Origin: a virus
Reading direction: 5' to 3' (one strand)
Virus record (IMG/VR): IMGVR_UViG_3300041964_000072
Span: 1 to 64,000 of that record
DNA: 64,000 bases
The position numbers and the translations under genes are program-made. Below are positions 8,186-17,119 of this stretch, piece by piece. The notes under the pieces are model-generated. The model did not search any database. It was given only the letters and a program-made list of their open reading frames with translations, and was not told where the DNA came from. The stretch's first letter is position 1, and every line of letters begins with the position of its first letter.

Positions 8186-8939
8186 AGAGGAGCTAATTGA
8201 AAAGCTTTCGTCCTGTGCTGGCATGAAGCCCGTAACAAAAAATAGCAGACTATTTCCTACAGCAGTTATTACACTGTGCAGTGTCTTTGTGGTAGGAGTT
8301 TTTTCCTATGCTTCGTCGCAGATGTTCGCTGCAAACGAGGAAGTTCCAAACGAAGTTAGCGAATCCTACAAACTTGAGTTTCTTTCTGTGAAGGAATGGC
8401 TTGAGGAGATCAACCGAACTGACTATCGACCTATCCCCAAAAATCCTGGTGCAAGTCAACGACTAGCAATGTCTCTTGGAGGAGAAATCCGGCAAGACAT
8501 ACAAAAACAATTAGCGACGGATGGGCACCCGTGTAACAAAACCGGGGAGACGATCATTACTTGTGCATTACTTGCAGAGCTGGAACATGAGAGAGTTTTT
8601 CTTTATCCTGCAATGGCAGGAAAAAAATTCTTTATGACAGATGCGTGCCCACCTTCTCCTACTGGAAGTAAATATATTTGCCACGCACTAACCCAAGAGG
8701 AAGCCACTAACATGGCTTTATTTAAAACTCTAGGTTACGAGTATTCGAGTAGGGATTTTCTTGCCAATGTCGATATGTCCACGTTTCTGTTTGATCGAAA
8801 GCGTAGGGTTGTTTGGGACGCTAGGGCACGTAGGCTAGGGTATCAAGGAGAAGAAAGACCAGCAGAAATCATAAAACTACGGGAATCAACCATCCGTAGG
8901 TACGAAGATGCCAATAAGCCAGGAGGAGAGAAGAAATGA
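8160..8939 (+). CDS. Membrane-anchored protein with a Cys-containing extracytoplasmic domain
   Basis: TM LFPTAVITLCSVFVVGVFSYA followed by a soluble domain. Confidence 0.75.
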   Translation: MQGSSRSPEEELIEKLSSCAGMKPVTKNSRLFPTAVITLCSVFVVGVFSYASSQMFAANEEVPNEVSESYKLEFLSVKEWLEEINRTDYRPIPKNPGASQRLAMSLGGEIRQDIQKQLATDGHPCNKTGETIITCALLAELEHERVFLYPAMAGKKFFMTDACPPSPTGSKYICHALTQEEATNMALFKTLGYEYSSRDFLANVDMSTFLFDRKRRVVWDARARRLGYQGEERPAEIIKLRESTIRRYEDANKPGGEKK

Positions 8940-10459
8940 CTCCCGCCAACCTAAACATGGCTAAGTGTTTGGGAGCTATGGGAGCAGGAGTACTTCTGGT
9001 CTGTGGAGCATTTTTCCCTCTTCCAGGGAAGTCCCTAGAGCAAGTAGAAATGGACTCATGGACAGGCACTCCCACTCCTCCATCTCCGATGTCTCACCCA
9101 TTGTCTCCAGTGATGGGGGTAGGTGGACTTGTACTGTTCTGCTGGGGGGCATATCGGTTTTATAAAGACGGTGAGTATACGGACATGGTGATAGATCCGA
9201 ATGCGGTTCGGACTATGTTGACAGCCGATGTCCCTACCCAACCTGCTCAGAATGATGTTGTTCCTGAATATATTCCCATAGACGCTAAAGTAGCACCTGT
9301 TCAAGACACGGTAGCTCAATCACTCTCTGCGTCACAGGCACCTGCGGTCAATATACAGGTTCCCCTCAATATTCAGGATAAGTCCGTACCAATTCATCAC
9401 CCCCAACAAACTCCCAACCTGTCAGCATCTATCCCAATGCCTACGATTCCGACATCGAATAATCTTTCTTATGACGATGATGAGGATAAGGAGGATGATG
9501 AGGATGAATATTTTGATGAGAACGATGACGACGATAACGAAATTCACAAAGGTTTTGACATGATGGATGATTTACCTGAGATTGATGACATTGATGGAGA
9601 AATCCTGATTGAGGATGTTAGTACCGCAATTATTAACCACCTAAGAGACATCTCTCCTGATTTACCTATCGAGAAAAAAAAGGAGCTGCTTTGGGAATTC
9701 CTTCTTTTAAATTTCCCGTTAATAATACGTCTTCTGAAAGCGTTACCTCTAATAGTTTGGGGGGCACAACGTAGCGGAAAGTCATCGTTCGTTAAGTTCC
9801 TCTGTATCTTGCGCCAGCTTTTTTTGGGTCACATCATCGAGGTGTGTACGCCTCATGCGACAAAAGACCCGAAGAATGAAGCTCTAGATTACTGGTTTCA
9901 CTTTACAAAGGTCTATGGATACAAGGGAGATTATGAGGCAATAGGACAAAGAATTGTTACCTATTACAACAGAATCAAAGCACCTGGCAAAGATCCTATA
10001 ACTTGTGTATGGGATGAATATTCTCAATATGTAGAGCGCATACAGATTTACGAGTCAGAATCTAAAAACAAGATATACATTGGGAACCTAATCAAGTCTT
10101 TTGGGTGTGAAGCTCAGAAAATGCAAAACTATCCGATCATCATCTCTCATGGAAATACAAGCACATTTACAGGGAATAGCACAGGAACAAAACAAACAAG
10201 AGAAGAAGGTTTTGTCAGTATTAAACTTTTACATCAACGCAATCCTTTAGGAGATATTTCTCCTGCTGGGAAAGGATTCGTCAAGGGATTGGAATACGAC
10301 AGGCACGGAAAGCCTGTTACTGTTCACTTCGATGTTCCAGAGTGGTTGCGTCCGGAGTACTTAATAGAAGTCTTCCCTGAACTCAATCAGATGGAACAGG
10401 CAAAAAATATTCCAATGCCTACGATTGATAGAACTGATCTTTGGGGGACAAATAATTGA
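8936..10459 (+). CDS. Membrane-anchored P-loop ATPase, FtsK/VirD4/HerA-like
   Basis: Two N-terminal TMs, Pro- and Asp/Glu-rich linker, Walker A GAQRSGKS, Walker B ITCVWDEY. Confidence 0.75.
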   Translation: MTPANLNMAKCLGAMGAGVLLVCGAFFPLPGKSLEQVEMDSWTGTPTPPSPMSHPLSPVMGVGGLVLFCWGAYRFYKDGEYTDMVIDPNAVRTMLTADVPTQPAQNDVVPEYIPIDAKVAPVQDTVAQSLSASQAPAVNIQVPLNIQDKSVPIHHPQQTPNLSASIPMPTIPTSNNLSYDDDEDKEDDEDEYFDENDDDDNEIHKGFDMMDDLPEIDDIDGEILIEDVSTAIINHLRDISPDLPIEKKKELLWEFLLLNFPLIIRLLKALPLIVWGAQRSGKSSFVKFLCILRQLFLGHIIEVCTPHATKDPKNEALDYWFHFTKVYGYKGDYEAIGQRIVTYYNRIKAPGKDPITCVWDEYSQYVERIQIYESESKNKIYIGNLIKSFGCEAQKMQNYPIIISHGNTSTFTGNSTGTKQTREEGFVSIKLLHQRNPLGDISPAGKGFVKGLEYDRHGKPVTVHFDVPEWLRPEYLIEVFPELNQMEQAKNIPMPTIDRTDLWGTNN

Positions 10460-10827
10460 CTATGAGTGTTGGAAATCCTGTAGACTTCGCCTTGCTTCTA
10501 GAAGGTGCCGAAAAACTGAGCGATTTAAGACAAGAAACCTTAAAGGTAATTATTGAGGCTTGCCTCAAAGATCCCGAAGAGATTGACAGACTCAAGAAGC
10601 TTCTTGCTACAAACCCACACCTTCTTGAGGCAATTCTTTTTCAGATTCCTACGGCATTCAGAAAGCAGCCTAAAAGTTCCGTCCAGTTTATTTTTGCTTG
10701 TTTTGGTGTGGCATGTGCAACAGCACTCTTGTTTTTTCAGGTATTTAACCAGTCAAGAACTGGATACAGACCAGCATCAACAGGAGGTAGCTCGACATCA
10801 ATTCTTGATATAGAGATGAATCGCTGA
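10456..10827 (+). CDS. Single-pass membrane protein
   Basis: FIFACFGVACATALLFF TM segment; operon coupling. Confidence 0.7.
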   Translation: MTMSVGNPVDFALLLEGAEKLSDLRQETLKVIIEACLKDPEEIDRLKKLLATNPHLLEAILFQIPTAFRKQPKSSVQFIFACFGVACATALLFFQVFNQSRTGYRPASTGGSSTSILDIEMNR

Positions 10828-11054
10828 TGATTCGTTTTTCCCGGTTATCTAAAGGCTTAATGGGTGTTGCGGCAGCGTCGTTTGTCTCTAATGCCCTCAA
10901 GCCAGGAACGCTCACCTTTTTGGGTGAGCATTCCATAAAAGGGCATTTCGCAACATTACAAAAGGTAAGTAATGTAGGCAAGAAAGATACTGGCTTACCT
11001 AAGTGTAAAAAAACTCGCTATTCAGATATCCTTAATCTCCCATGCAGTAAATGA
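10827..11054 (+). CDS. Small hypothetical protein
   Basis: 75 aa, TGATG coupling. Confidence 0.5.
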   Translation: MIRFSRLSKGLMGVAAASFVSNALKPGTLTFLGEHSIKGHFATLQKVSNVGKKDTGLPKCKKTRYSDILNLPCSK

Positions 11055-12241
11055 GAATTAAGTTTCGAGGGAATCTGGAGTTTGATATGGAGTCCGCTCC
11101 CCCAGTTATTCCTCCAGCTCCCCAGCCTTTACCTCCCATTCCTCAAGCGCCTCCTACCACTCCCCCACCAGCAGTATTGCCATCTCAATCGGCTCCTACA
11201 GTGGTAGAGAAGCCTCTTCCAAATATAGAGATGCAGTACAAGCGGGGTGCGATCGCATCTTCGGTAATTGTCTGCCTTCTTGTAGGCGTGCAAATTCATC
11301 GTCCTACATGGAATTGGATAGAAAGTCAACGTGTAGTAAAGGAATTTCAACAAATCTTCTACAAGCCTCCTGTACGGGCTGTAGGCACGTTGACTTCCCC
11401 TGCGCCTAGAAAGGGTCAAAGGATAGGAAAGTACACCGTAACGAGTGGCTGGGGATGGCGAGATACGAAGATACCGGGGGCTAGTACGTTTCACCGAGGT
11501 ATCGATCTTGACACCCCTTCCGGGACTGTGGTTTATGCGATCGCATTTCCTGGGGAGTCGGTAATGGTTCGTTGTTGGTGGGATGCACGGGGGGGTGGGA
11601 GGGTTGCATCCTGGTCGTCTCGCAAGTTAAGGAAAGGATTCGATTACCTTCATCTGAGTCAATGCCGTGCGGGAAAGCATACTAAAGGTTCGATCATTGG
11701 GAGAACCGGAGATACTGGAGTCGGTGCTGCACATTTTCACTTACAGCAGCGCAATGATCAAGGAAATCTAGAACCTCCAGAAAAGCATTATGTAGAACTT
11801 GCCCTAAAAGGAGTTCCGCCCACCTATATCAAGCCGACCACAGGAATACTGACCAGCGGCTATGGATATCGGGTTTGCAAGAATTCTCCTGAGATGACGG
11901 GAGAGCATCTAGGAGTTGATTGGGCAAATGCTGTAGGAACTCCAATAGTCGCCGCTGCTGGTGGGGAAGTGATCTTTGCTGGATGGGATGCTGATGGATT
12001 AGGGAATATGGTAGCGATTCGGCACCATAACGGCAGCATTACTCGCTACGGGCACAACCATAAGCTGTTAGTAAGTAAAGGGCAGTGGGTAAAACAAAGA
12101 CAGACTATTACAGAGATGGGATCGACTGGCAATAGTACGGGTTCCCATTTGCATTTTGAGTTGGAGCTGAAGGATAGGAGGTTAGTAGATCCCTTAAAGT
12201 ATCTACCAAAAACTTTAGAAAAAGGACAGTTTTTATGTTGA
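11051..12241 (+). CDS. Membrane-anchored peptidoglycan endopeptidase with two M23 domains
   Basis: HRGID...HFH and HLGVD...GNSTGSHLHFE: two HxxxD/HxH zinc motif sets. Confidence 0.9.
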   Translation: MRIKFRGNLEFDMESAPPVIPPAPQPLPPIPQAPPTTPPPAVLPSQSAPTVVEKPLPNIEMQYKRGAIASSVIVCLLVGVQIHRPTWNWIESQRVVKEFQQIFYKPPVRAVGTLTSPAPRKGQRIGKYTVTSGWGWRDTKIPGASTFHRGIDLDTPSGTVVYAIAFPGESVMVRCWWDARGGGRVASWSSRKLRKGFDYLHLSQCRAGKHTKGSIIGRTGDTGVGAAHFHLQQRNDQGNLEPPEKHYVELALKGVPPTYIKPTTGILTSGYGYRVCKNSPEMTGEHLGVDWANAVGTPIVAAAGGEVIFAGWDADGLGNMVAIRHHNGSITRYGHNHKLLVSKGQWVKQRQTITEMGSTGNSTGSHLHFELELKDRRLVDPLKYLPKTLEKGQFLC

Positions 12242-12609
12242 ATTCAGGTGACAAGTACAAACCGATTAGAACACAACACATCCAAAGAGAAGTTAAGTAT
12301 TACCATTCCGAAAATTACCTAATCATGAACCATCATCCAATGAGCAACGAAGAACTTACGGTTAAGGTGCGGTTTCAAGAAGAAGAAATCAAGGCACTGA
12401 GAAGGGAGTTGCGGCAAAAGAATACTCTGACCATATCTAAGTCCGCTGGAAACCTGTCTCATATAGGGTTAACGGCTTTGTTTGGAGGTGCGATCGCTGG
12501 ATTAATATTTCTGGTAATCAGACCTTCTTTGGTAGACAATGCCGCACTACTAGGGGCGTTAGCGGGAGGTACGTCAGCAGCACTAAGACAACGAGAAGAG
12601 AAGCAGTAA
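12235..12609 (+). CDS. Coiled coil plus two-TM membrane protein
   Basis: IGLTALFGGAIAGLIFLVI and ALLGALAGGTSAAL segments. Confidence 0.7.
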   Translation: MLNSGDKYKPIRTQHIQREVKYYHSENYLIMNHHPMSNEELTVKVRFQEEEIKALRRELRQKNTLTISKSAGNLSHIGLTALFGGAIAGLIFLVIRPSLVDNAALLGALAGGTSAALRQREEKQ

Positions 12610-12615
12610 AGAGGC

Positions 12616-12915
12616 ATGGCAAAGGCAAATTTTAGTTGTAGTCATTGTGGTAGTGATAGAGTATCCGCAACAAATGAAGGGAAAAATGTAAATAGGGGTT
12701 ATTGCACTTTCTGTTTATCTAGCACAAGTGATACTGCTGGAACGATTTGGCATAAAACGCATTTACCTCCTGAGACGAGAACTTCTTTAACTGAAGCTTA
12801 CGAAGAAGGGCAAGGAGTACGCCAAGCAGCTCGTGAGATAGGAGTAAACAAGAACACCGTAAGTAAATGGTTTTCTCGTTTAAACACACAGAATACCCCA
12901 GACGAAAAAGCATGA
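12616..12915 (+). CDS. IS1 InsA-like zinc-ribbon plus HTH protein, without a transposase domain
   Basis: CSHC...CTFC, GTIWHKTHLP, GQGVRQAAREIGVNKNTVSKW. Confidence 0.7.
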   Translation: MAKANFSCSHCGSDRVSATNEGKNVNRGYCTFCLSSTSDTAGTIWHKTHLPPETRTSLTEAYEEGQGVRQAAREIGVNKNTVSKWFSRLNTQNTPDEKA

Positions 12916-13457
12916 ACGCTCATGTAGTATCCATAGGAGCGCTGGGAGTATTGTTCTTAGCCTCCTCTAATTATCAGAATATCTCTACAGCAATATCTTC
13001 TGTTTCCACAGGATCATCCAAACCAGTGACAGGCAACATAGAAGCTCTCCGATATGCCATTATTGGGCAGGAGAGTGGCGGAAACCCCAAGATTCGTAAC
13101 TCGGATACTGGGGCAGCGGGACTAGGGCAAATCATGCCCTCGAACATTCCCAACTGGTCATATCAGGCGATTGGGCGAAGGTTGACTGTTAATCAGTTTT
13201 TGTCCAGTCCCCAGCTCCAGAAAACTATTATTGACCATAAACTTAATGAGTACTACCAAAGGGAACTTGTTAAAGCTAAGGGTGATGAGCGCTTGGCAGT
13301 GCGACGGGTAGCGTCTGCTTGGTATAGCGGGAATGCCAACTGGTATAAATCCACTAGACCCCAGTGCGAAAAATCCGGCAGGTGCTATCCAAGCATCCAG
13401 GATTACAGCCTAGCTATACTTAATCGCTATGAAAAAGAAAAAGCGAAGAACAAGTAA
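12912..13457 (+). CDS. Lytic transglycosylase (SLT/lysozyme-like) with N-terminal signal anchor (ORF track start 12867)
   Basis: AIIGQESGGNP...GAAGLGQIMP SLT motifs; ATGA overlap with the upstream gene. Confidence 0.85.
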   Translation: MNAHVVSIGALGVLFLASSNYQNISTAISSVSTGSSKPVTGNIEALRYAIIGQESGGNPKIRNSDTGAAGLGQIMPSNIPNWSYQAIGRRLTVNQFLSSPQLQKTIIDHKLNEYYQRELVKAKGDERLAVRRVASAWYSGNANWYKSTRPQCEKSGRCYPSIQDYSLAILNRYEKEKAKNK

Positions 13458-14138
13458 TTCTTGGCGCTTTTCAATTCGATGCAACTGAAATGCCACTAGC
13501 CTACAAACATCTGTAACGTAGGCTAGGGTTCTATATGTACGAACATTCACCAAAAAATCAATAATGTAATCGCGTAAAAACAGTATGGCTGAGAGAGGAT
13601 CTAGTTCTACTAGAAGCAGCCAAAATTGAACCGGAACATAATGCCAAAATTTCTTATTTCTTTGTAATCGTCTCCCCAGGTTTTTCTGAACAGTTTGTAA
13701 AAAATCCTGTTCATCGGCATCATAAATATTATTGAATTTAGGGTAAAAATTTTCAAGCATGTGAACTTCAATAGGGTAAGGTGTGTAGTCGCTTGAATGC
13801 ATACAGTCAAATCCCAGCCACCAGTATTCTGTTTTATTAGGATCGATTGGATGACATATAGCATCATTCAATTCTTTGCCATAACCCCAAAAAGTAATGC
13901 CGTAGTGAGCAGCTACCCGTAGATTCTCATCAGCATGAGCGGGGTGCCCAGGCGGAACCCCCACATATCCGCACCACGTTCCTGGTATATATACTCTCCA
14001 TGCTATACAGGGATAGCCTGTTTCTTGATCTATCCAGGTCATGTAATCAGGCTCATCCGACCACTCACCCTCCTCCCAAGAAGACTTATCAATTAAGTTA
14101 TATGTAATCTCATCCATCGCTTTGCACCTGATCAGCAA
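13410..14138 (-). CDS. Phage hypothetical protein (WCGYVGVP..HP family); likely start 14117
   Basis: GTWCGYVGVPPGHP...HYGITF...WWLGFDCMH motif string typical of a phage protein family. Confidence 0.7.
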   Translation of the reverse strand: MLIRCKAMDEITYNLIDKSSWEEGEWSDEPDYMTWIDQETGYPCIAWRVYIPGTWCGYVGVPPGHPAHADENLRVAAHYGITFWGYGKELNDAICHPIDPNKTEYWWLGFDCMHSSDYTPYPIEVHMLENFYPKFNNIYDADEQDFLQTVQKNLGRRLQRNKKFWHYVPVQFWLLLVELDPLSAILFLRDYIIDFLVNVRTYRTLAYVTDVCRLVAFQLHRIEKRQELLVLRFFFFIAIKYS

Positions 14139-14203
14139 AATAATGCTAGCTCAAAAATCCGCAAGTATTGGTAGAATAAGATATTAATTTTCCCTTTGAA
14201 GAA

Positions 14204-14431
14204 ATGACATTCCATCTATTCATGTCCGAGAACTGGGCAATCATCCTAGCAATGTCCGGAATGACTATCTACTACGCATCGGTAGCGATGGAAAGGCAGA
14301 ATATCTTAGAAATTGCAAATACAGCATTCATTACTGCATGTATTCTCCCTATATGGGGAGTTTTTTCAAGTCTGTCGTATCTAGGACTTTCCATCTTTTT
14401 TGTGCATAAAGAGAAGCCCAGGCGCTACTAA
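14204..14431 (+). CDS. Small membrane protein
   Basis: Two to three hydrophobic segments. Confidence 0.5.
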   Translation: MTFHLFMSENWAIILAMSGMTIYYASVAMERQNILEIANTAFITACILPIWGVFSSLSYLGLSIFFVHKEKPRRY

Positions 14432-14536
14432 TTTATAAATTATTAATATTCTACCGAACTAGCTTCCTTCCTTATTTTTCTCTGCTAGTATAAAAATACG
14501 TTTAAAAAGCACCCTCTTTTTAAACGCACCGAACCG

Positions 14537-14567
14537 TAGGCGTGCCATAGGCACGTCTATTTTTTTT
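14537..14567 (+). terminator. Rho-independent terminator
   Basis: TAGGCGTGCC-ATA-GGCACGTCTA followed by T8. Confidence 0.65.
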
Positions 14568-14587
14568 GTTTTGTATACATCAAACCT

Positions 14588-14797
14588 TTGGTAAACACCA
14601 TGAATTCAATCACCCCTGAATTGACCAAATCAGCTACAGAGATTGCAAAAATCAAGAATCCAGAAGCTCAGATAGTTTCCCGGTTGCTGCTCAATCTTTC
14701 CGAAAAATCTCAGGCTGAATTATTTGAGCTAGATGGACTACTCAACGACAAAAAAAGAAACTCAAGTGACGGAGACGTATGGTTATGCATGATCTGA
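14588..14797 (+). CDS. Hypothetical protein
   Basis: 69-aa ORF overlapping the MTase start. Confidence 0.5.
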   Translation: MVNTMNSITPELTKSATEIAKIKNPEAQIVSRLLLNLSEKSQAELFELDGLLNDKKRNSSDGDVWLCMI

Positions 14798-15420
14798 AAA
14801 AATCAAGTAACAAAGCGGACTTGTCCTCAAATACTGTTGAGTGGTATACCCCCTCACCTATTATTGAAGCCGCAAGAAGGGTATTGACCCGTGGTATAGA
14901 GTTGGATGCAGCGAGTTCTACGATCGCTAACAATGTTGTTCAAGCGGAACACATATTTACAGAAGCCGATGACGCTTTAAGCCGCTCTTGGAAACTAGGT
15001 GATCATGCCCCTAGCACATGGGTTAATCCCCCATCATCAAATTTGCGTAATAAGGTGCTTGGGACAAAATCTCAAGCATCTGCTTTTTGGAGGATGAATC
15101 TACAACAATATCTTCTGGGCAATATATTGGATGGTCTATATCTGGTAGTCAGCACCAAACTGATGAGCCTCAACTCATCCATGCTGGAATTTCCATACTG
15201 CCTATGCGATGGAAATGCGCGATCGCCTTTTGTGACGAGGCAAGGACGGATTAAATTTGTGTCGATGTTCGGGGACATCCAAAATCAACCTACTCAGTCA
15301 AATGCGATCATCCTCCTCCCTAACCCTGAGCAGCGGGAGTTTCAGATACAGAAATTCGTGGATTTCTTTGATGGCGAGTTCGGAACTGTGTACCAGTGCC
15401 GTCGCCTAAAACAAGGCTAG
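14779..15420 (+). CDS. Phage DNA N6-adenine methyltransferase-like protein
   Basis: EWYTPSPIIEAARRVL..IELDAASS..AN and WVNPPS (motif IV variant). Confidence 0.8.
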   Translation: MVMHDLKKSSNKADLSSNTVEWYTPSPIIEAARRVLTRGIELDAASSTIANNVVQAEHIFTEADDALSRSWKLGDHAPSTWVNPPSSNLRNKVLGTKSQASAFWRMNLQQYLLGNILDGLYLVVSTKLMSLNSSMLEFPYCLCDGNARSPFVTRQGRIKFVSMFGDIQNQPTQSNAIILLPNPEQREFQIQKFVDFFDGEFGTVYQCRRLKQG

Positions 15421-15762
15421 CTTTAATTGCTTTCCTTGTGGTTGTTGGGCAGACCATTTCCTGCTAGCTTTTCGGATGCGCTTTTTGACTTCAGCAATTT
15501 CTGATTCAAAAACGGTTTGATCATTTTCCAGGCATTTGCTGAATACTGCGCCATCTCTGCGGACTTCTAAAAACACATCTCCATAGGGAGCAGCAATAGT
15601 CCATCTACAGCAGCGATCAACGATGTAGCCAGTACCTTTGTCTCCATCACAGACAATTACCTCGTCGTCGCTGCCATCGTATCCGTAGCCATATTCTATG
15701 AGGCTACGACCAATAAATATATCCTTTCCTTTTAGCCAGCAAGGAAATGTACTTTTTTCCAT
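15406..15762 (-). CDS. Hypothetical protein
   Basis: 118-aa ORF downstream of portal. Confidence 0.6.
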   Translation of the reverse strand: MEKSTFPCWLKGKDIFIGRSLIEYGYGYDGSDDEVIVCDGDKGTGYIVDRCCRWTIAAPYGDVFLEVRRDGAVFSKCLENDQTVFESEIAEVKKRIRKASRKWSAQQPQGKQLKLALF

Positions 15763-15809
15763 AGGTATACTTGTATGTCGAATAAATCATATATTACTAT
15801 TTTTCTAAA

Positions 15810-17117
15810 TTAAGGGTACTGCCCACTCATTTCCTCTTCTGGAGGAGGAGGGACTTCCGCTCCTGGCTGCGGTGCCCCTGCGGATATTGACTGAAGTTCC
15901 ATTTGCTGTAACATTTGTTTTTTCTTCGTCGTCATATCCATGTGTGGAAGGTCTAACCTATCCCGTAATTTATTCACGGCATCCATATCCGTTTGCCCGT
16001 CGATAATGCCCATACTCAGAGCATTAATTAACATCTGAGTATTCATCTGTTCGCTAGCTTCGTCCACCTCAGCGCTCACATCAAAAGTACCATAGGTACT
16101 GATTTTGCGTCCCCAATTTGCTTGGATTACAGGTTTAACTGCTTTTTCTATTAATTCGTCCCGGATTTGCTCAACAATTGCCTGAATTGTACTATCCATT
16201 AGGGAGACATGTTTTCCAGCAAGTGATGCAGGTTTTGTAAGAGAAGATGAACCTTCATTGAATACTAAATCAGGTACAGTAAAGCTTCTTTTGATATATA
16301 AATCAAACTGGTTTAACGACGATGCCCAGAACTGAGAACCATCCCCAACTTGCACAGAAAAAATATCATTGTTGCTATCCGTTACCATCCAGGAATTACT
16401 TTCTAGTCCCTCAAACTGACGAGCTAAAGCTTCACTGGCAGGCAGGGATTTTATCGGTCTTCCATTACGGTCATAAAGGTTTACGGTAGTGTCCGTAACC
16501 TTACCAACTAATATGCCTGTAGCCAAATTTTTGCCAGCGATAACCATATTGGACAAAAATGCATTCTTTGCCTTAATAAATGCCAAGGCGCTTTGCATTT
16601 CTGGATTACCAAAAGGGTCATCAAAATCAGTAGAAAATCCATTGACTACATGAATTACTTTCCAATAAGGAATCGGTTTTTTCTGGTTGTCCCTGTACAT
16701 TAAGTATCGAATTTGCCCATTCGATCCTTTAAAAGTAATATGTCGCTGGTCAAGGACATCCAAGGATTTCACAACCATTTTGCGATTCCTTAGTCCAAAC
16801 TCAATTTCCGCTGCACTAAAACCTAATGGCATAGCGCTAGCTAATTGAGCAATAACTTTACTTAGGGAACCTGAAATGTTTGCAAACATTTCCCTAATAA
16901 AAAACTGAACCTGCTTATCTTGATGCTCATAATCCCCTACCGTAATAGCTGCTCGAAGTGCTTTCAATTCACAGCAACTTCTAGCGATAGGGTCTTTCTT
17001 CATATACTTGATATATTCATCAAGACTTGCAGCATGTTCCCCACTGATTTCTTTCAGTGTTGTATCTGCTAAAGCACTAATTTTTGAGGCAATTTTTCCT
17101 GTAATGTCGTAAGGCAT
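15810..17117 (-). CDS. Portal protein (Mu gp29/DUF935-like)
   Basis: 435 aa; YIKYMKKDPIARSCC, LGFSAAEI, NPEMQSAL..., closing DAVNKLRDRLDLP; size and pattern fit DUF935 portals. Confidence 0.8.
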   Translation of the reverse strand: MPYDITGKIASKISALADTTLKEISGEHAASLDEYIKYMKKDPIARSCCELKALRAAITVGDYEHQDKQVQFFIREMFANISGSLSKVIAQLASAMPLGFSAAEIEFGLRNRKMVVKSLDVLDQRHITFKGSNGQIRYLMYRDNQKKPIPYWKVIHVVNGFSTDFDDPFGNPEMQSALAFIKAKNAFLSNMVIAGKNLATGILVGKVTDTTVNLYDRNGRPIKSLPASEALARQFEGLESNSWMVTDSNNDIFSVQVGDGSQFWASSLNQFDLYIKRSFTVPDLVFNEGSSSLTKPASLAGKHVSLMDSTIQAIVEQIRDELIEKAVKPVIQANWGRKISTYGTFDVSAEVDEASEQMNTQMLINALSMGIIDGQTDMDAVNKLRDRLDLPHMDMTTKKKQMLQQMELQSISAGAPQPGAEVPPPPEEEMSGQYP

Positions 17118-17119
17118 TA

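Noticed and set aside
9470-9600. GAT/GAC-rich low-complexity DNA as a repeat element
   Set aside because: It simply encodes the Asp/Glu linker of the ATPase.
12616-12915. Active IS1/IS1595 insertion sequence
   Set aside because: No DDE transposase part and no terminal inverted repeats or target duplication seen.
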